Assembly: GCA_963695545.1 (NCBI GenBank) | Contig: OY968796.1 | Span: 3,520,001 to 3,584,000, forward strand | Direction: 5' to 3' | DNA from: Terriglobia bacterium | GTDB lineage: Bacteria; Acidobacteriota; Terriglobia; Acidiferrales; UBA7541 | Length of the DNA: 64,000 nt | In this document: positions 62,315 through 64,000 of the stretch, piece after piece | Position numbering within the stretch: the stretch's first letter is position 1 | Layout: the number at the start of each line of letters is the position of its first letter | The notes under the pieces: model-generated | Databases searched by the model: none | What the model was told of the DNA's origin: nothing | What the model saw: only the letters and a program-made list of their open reading frames with translations | Made by a program: the position numbers and the translations under genes

Positions 62315-63505
62315 TCACGCCGCGGTCTTCTCGAATCGCGCCACTTCTTCTTGCGCCAGACGCCGGGCTTCGCGATCGGCTTCGAGCACGTCGGCGATGC
62401 TGTTTAAGCGAACGCGCGGCGTGCGCTTCAAAACTTGCTCGATCACGCGGGCGATCGCCGGAAACGCCACGCGTCGATCGAGAAACGCGGCAACGGCAAC
62501 TTCGTCCGCCGCGTTAAACGCGCAGGGCCAAGCGCCGCCTTTGCTGAGCGCCTCGCGCGCCAGACGCAGGCACGGAAATCGCCGCGTAGAAGCCGGCTCG
62601 AAATCAAGACGCCGCAGCGAGGCCCAATTGAGCGTCACTTCTTTTGATGCGGCCCGCTCCGGGTAGGTTAGCGCATATTGGATGGGCATACGCATATCCG
62701 TTGGGCCGAGTTGCGCGAGAATGGAACCATCGACATATTCGACCATGGAATGAACCGTGGATTGCGGATGGATGACCACGTCGATCTGGTCCGGGCGCAG
62801 ATCAAATAGCCACCGCGCTTCGATGACCTCGAAGCCTTTGTTCACGAGCGTGGCGGAATCGACGGTGATGCGCCGGCCCATGCGCCAGTTCGGATGCGCG
62901 AGCGCCTGCTCGGGCGTGACGGTGGCCAATTGCGCAAGCGGCGTGCGGCGAAACGGGCCGCCGGAGGCCGTGAGCACGATGCGCAGCACCTCGCGCCGCT
63001 CGCCGGCGCGCAGGCACTGATGAATCGCGTTGTGCTCGCTATCGACCGGAAGCAATTCGCAGCCAGAGGCGCGCGCGGCGGCCATCACCACTTCGCCCGC
63101 GGCGACCAGGATTTCTTTGTTGGAGAGCGCCACGCGTTTGCCGGCCACGACGGCGGCGTAGGTGGCTTCAAGGCCCACGACACCGACGGCGGCCGAGACC
63201 ACGATTTCGGCTTTGGGATGCGTCGCGACAGCGAGCAGGCCCGCGGCGCCATGTTGGATTTCGGGCAGCGGCGCGTGCGCGGCCGCGCGCAGGCGCTCGG
63301 CCAATTCGGCGGCACGCGCGGCATCCGCAACGGAAACAAGCTCCGGACGATGGCGGACGATTTGCGGAGTCAAAACTTCGAGGTTTCCGCCCGCAGCCAG
63401 CGCCACGACGGAGAATCGCCCATCGAGCGCATCGACCACGGACAAAGTTTGACGGCCGATGGAGCCGGTCGAGCCGAGAATGGCGATTGGTTTCAAAGTG
63501 CGCAC
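62315..63505 (-). CDS. dxr: 1-deoxy-D-xylulose-5-phosphate reductoisomerase
   Basis: LGSTGSIG, PVDSEH, TASGGPF, HPNWRMG. Confidence 0.98.
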   Translation of the reverse strand: MRTLKPIAILGSTGSIGRQTLSVVDALDGRFSVVALAAGGNLEVLTPQIVRHRPELVSVADAARAAELAERLRAAAHAPLPEIQHGAAGLLAVATHPKAEIVVSAAVGVVGLEATYAAVVAGKRVALSNKEILVAAGEVVMAAARASGCELLPVDSEHNAIHQCLRAGERREVLRIVLTASGGPFRRTPLAQLATVTPEQALAHPNWRMGRRITVDSATLVNKGFEVIEARWLFDLRPDQIDVVIHPQSTVHSMVEYVDGSILAQLGPTDMRMPIQYALTYPERAASKEVTLNWASLRRLDFEPASTRRFPCLRLAREALSKGGAWPCAFNAADEVAVAAFLDRRVAFPAIARVIEQVLKRTPRVRLNSIADVLEADREARRLAQEEVARFEKTAA

Positions 63506-63556
63506 CTGCGCGCGAGATCAGAAACGGCGTCGAGCGAAACGCGCGGGCACGATTCG

Positions 63557-64000
63557 CTAGCGCGCCGCGACGACCAACTGAAAATAGTACCAGACGACCG
63601 GAAGCGACAGAACCAGCGCATCAATGCGATCGAGCATTCCGCCGTGGCCCGGCAACAATGTTCCGGAATCCTTCACACCGGCGCTGCGTTTGTAGGCCGA
63701 TTCCAGAAGATCGCCGAATTGTCCGGCGATGTTGCCGAGCGCGGCCATCGCCAACATGTCAATTTTGCTGATGCCTACCCAGCGCGCCGAAAGAGCGCCC
63801 ACCAACAGCGATCCCGCGAGATTCGCGACGGCGCCCTCCCAGGTTTTCTTGGGGCTCAATTGCGCGGCCATTTTTGTGCGGCCCACGGCGCGACCGACGA
63901 AGTACGCGAATGAATCTCCAACCCAAATCATGACCAGGGCGAAAAGTAAGAGACGCGGCGCAATCGCGTCGAGGCGAACCGCAGCCGTGAACGGCAACGC
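63557..64000 (-). CDS. cdsA: Phosphatidate cytidylyltransferase, 5'-partial
   Basis: SPKKTWEG, GDLLES..KR..GVKDSG..LPGHGG.LDRID. Confidence 0.96.
   Translation of the reverse strand, partial: ALPFTAAVRLDAIAPRLLLFALVMIWVGDSFAYFVGRAVGRTKMAAQLSPKKTWEGAVANLAGSLLVGALSARWVGISKIDMLAMAALGNIAGQFGDLLESAYKRSAGVKDSGTLLPGHGGMLDRIDALVLSLPVVWYYFQLVVAAR

Overview
GC-rich bacterial chromosome segment; gene content and intergenic repeat style suggest Acidobacteriota (inference). Positions 1-~17.7 kb are accessory. They hold a cluster of secreted Ala/Ser/Thr-rich proteins with a repeated vicinal-Cys (CC) domain and EGF-like tips, a methyltransferase, and a frameshift-split ~1,670-aa secreted protein behind a sigma54-like promoter. 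They also hold a 3-kb segment bounded by a 57-bp palindromic direct repeat, which carries an IS3 element, duplicated 'tip + membrane protein' remnants, a tRNA-Ala 3' half and an fpg-like fragment. The rest is mostly housekeeping: xdhC/mocA-like/iscU-like, GH79, DUF885, Ser/Thr kinase, CocE/NonD, 2-oxoacid dehydrogenase E1, proteases, bshC, carAB, lepB, rsmE, hrcA-grpE-dnaJ, htrA, ribF, fur, rseP-dxr-cdsA. The most striking unexplained pattern is that extra DNA repeatedly sits between two diverged copies of a short anchor, usually the 3' end of a gene (DUF885 gene, fur, and the gene ending KIPPF), with no integrase in the window. A second pattern is a pair of related intergenic elements built as promoter, periodic repeats and a terminal G-run. 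All family assignments come from motif recognition by eye; no searches were run.
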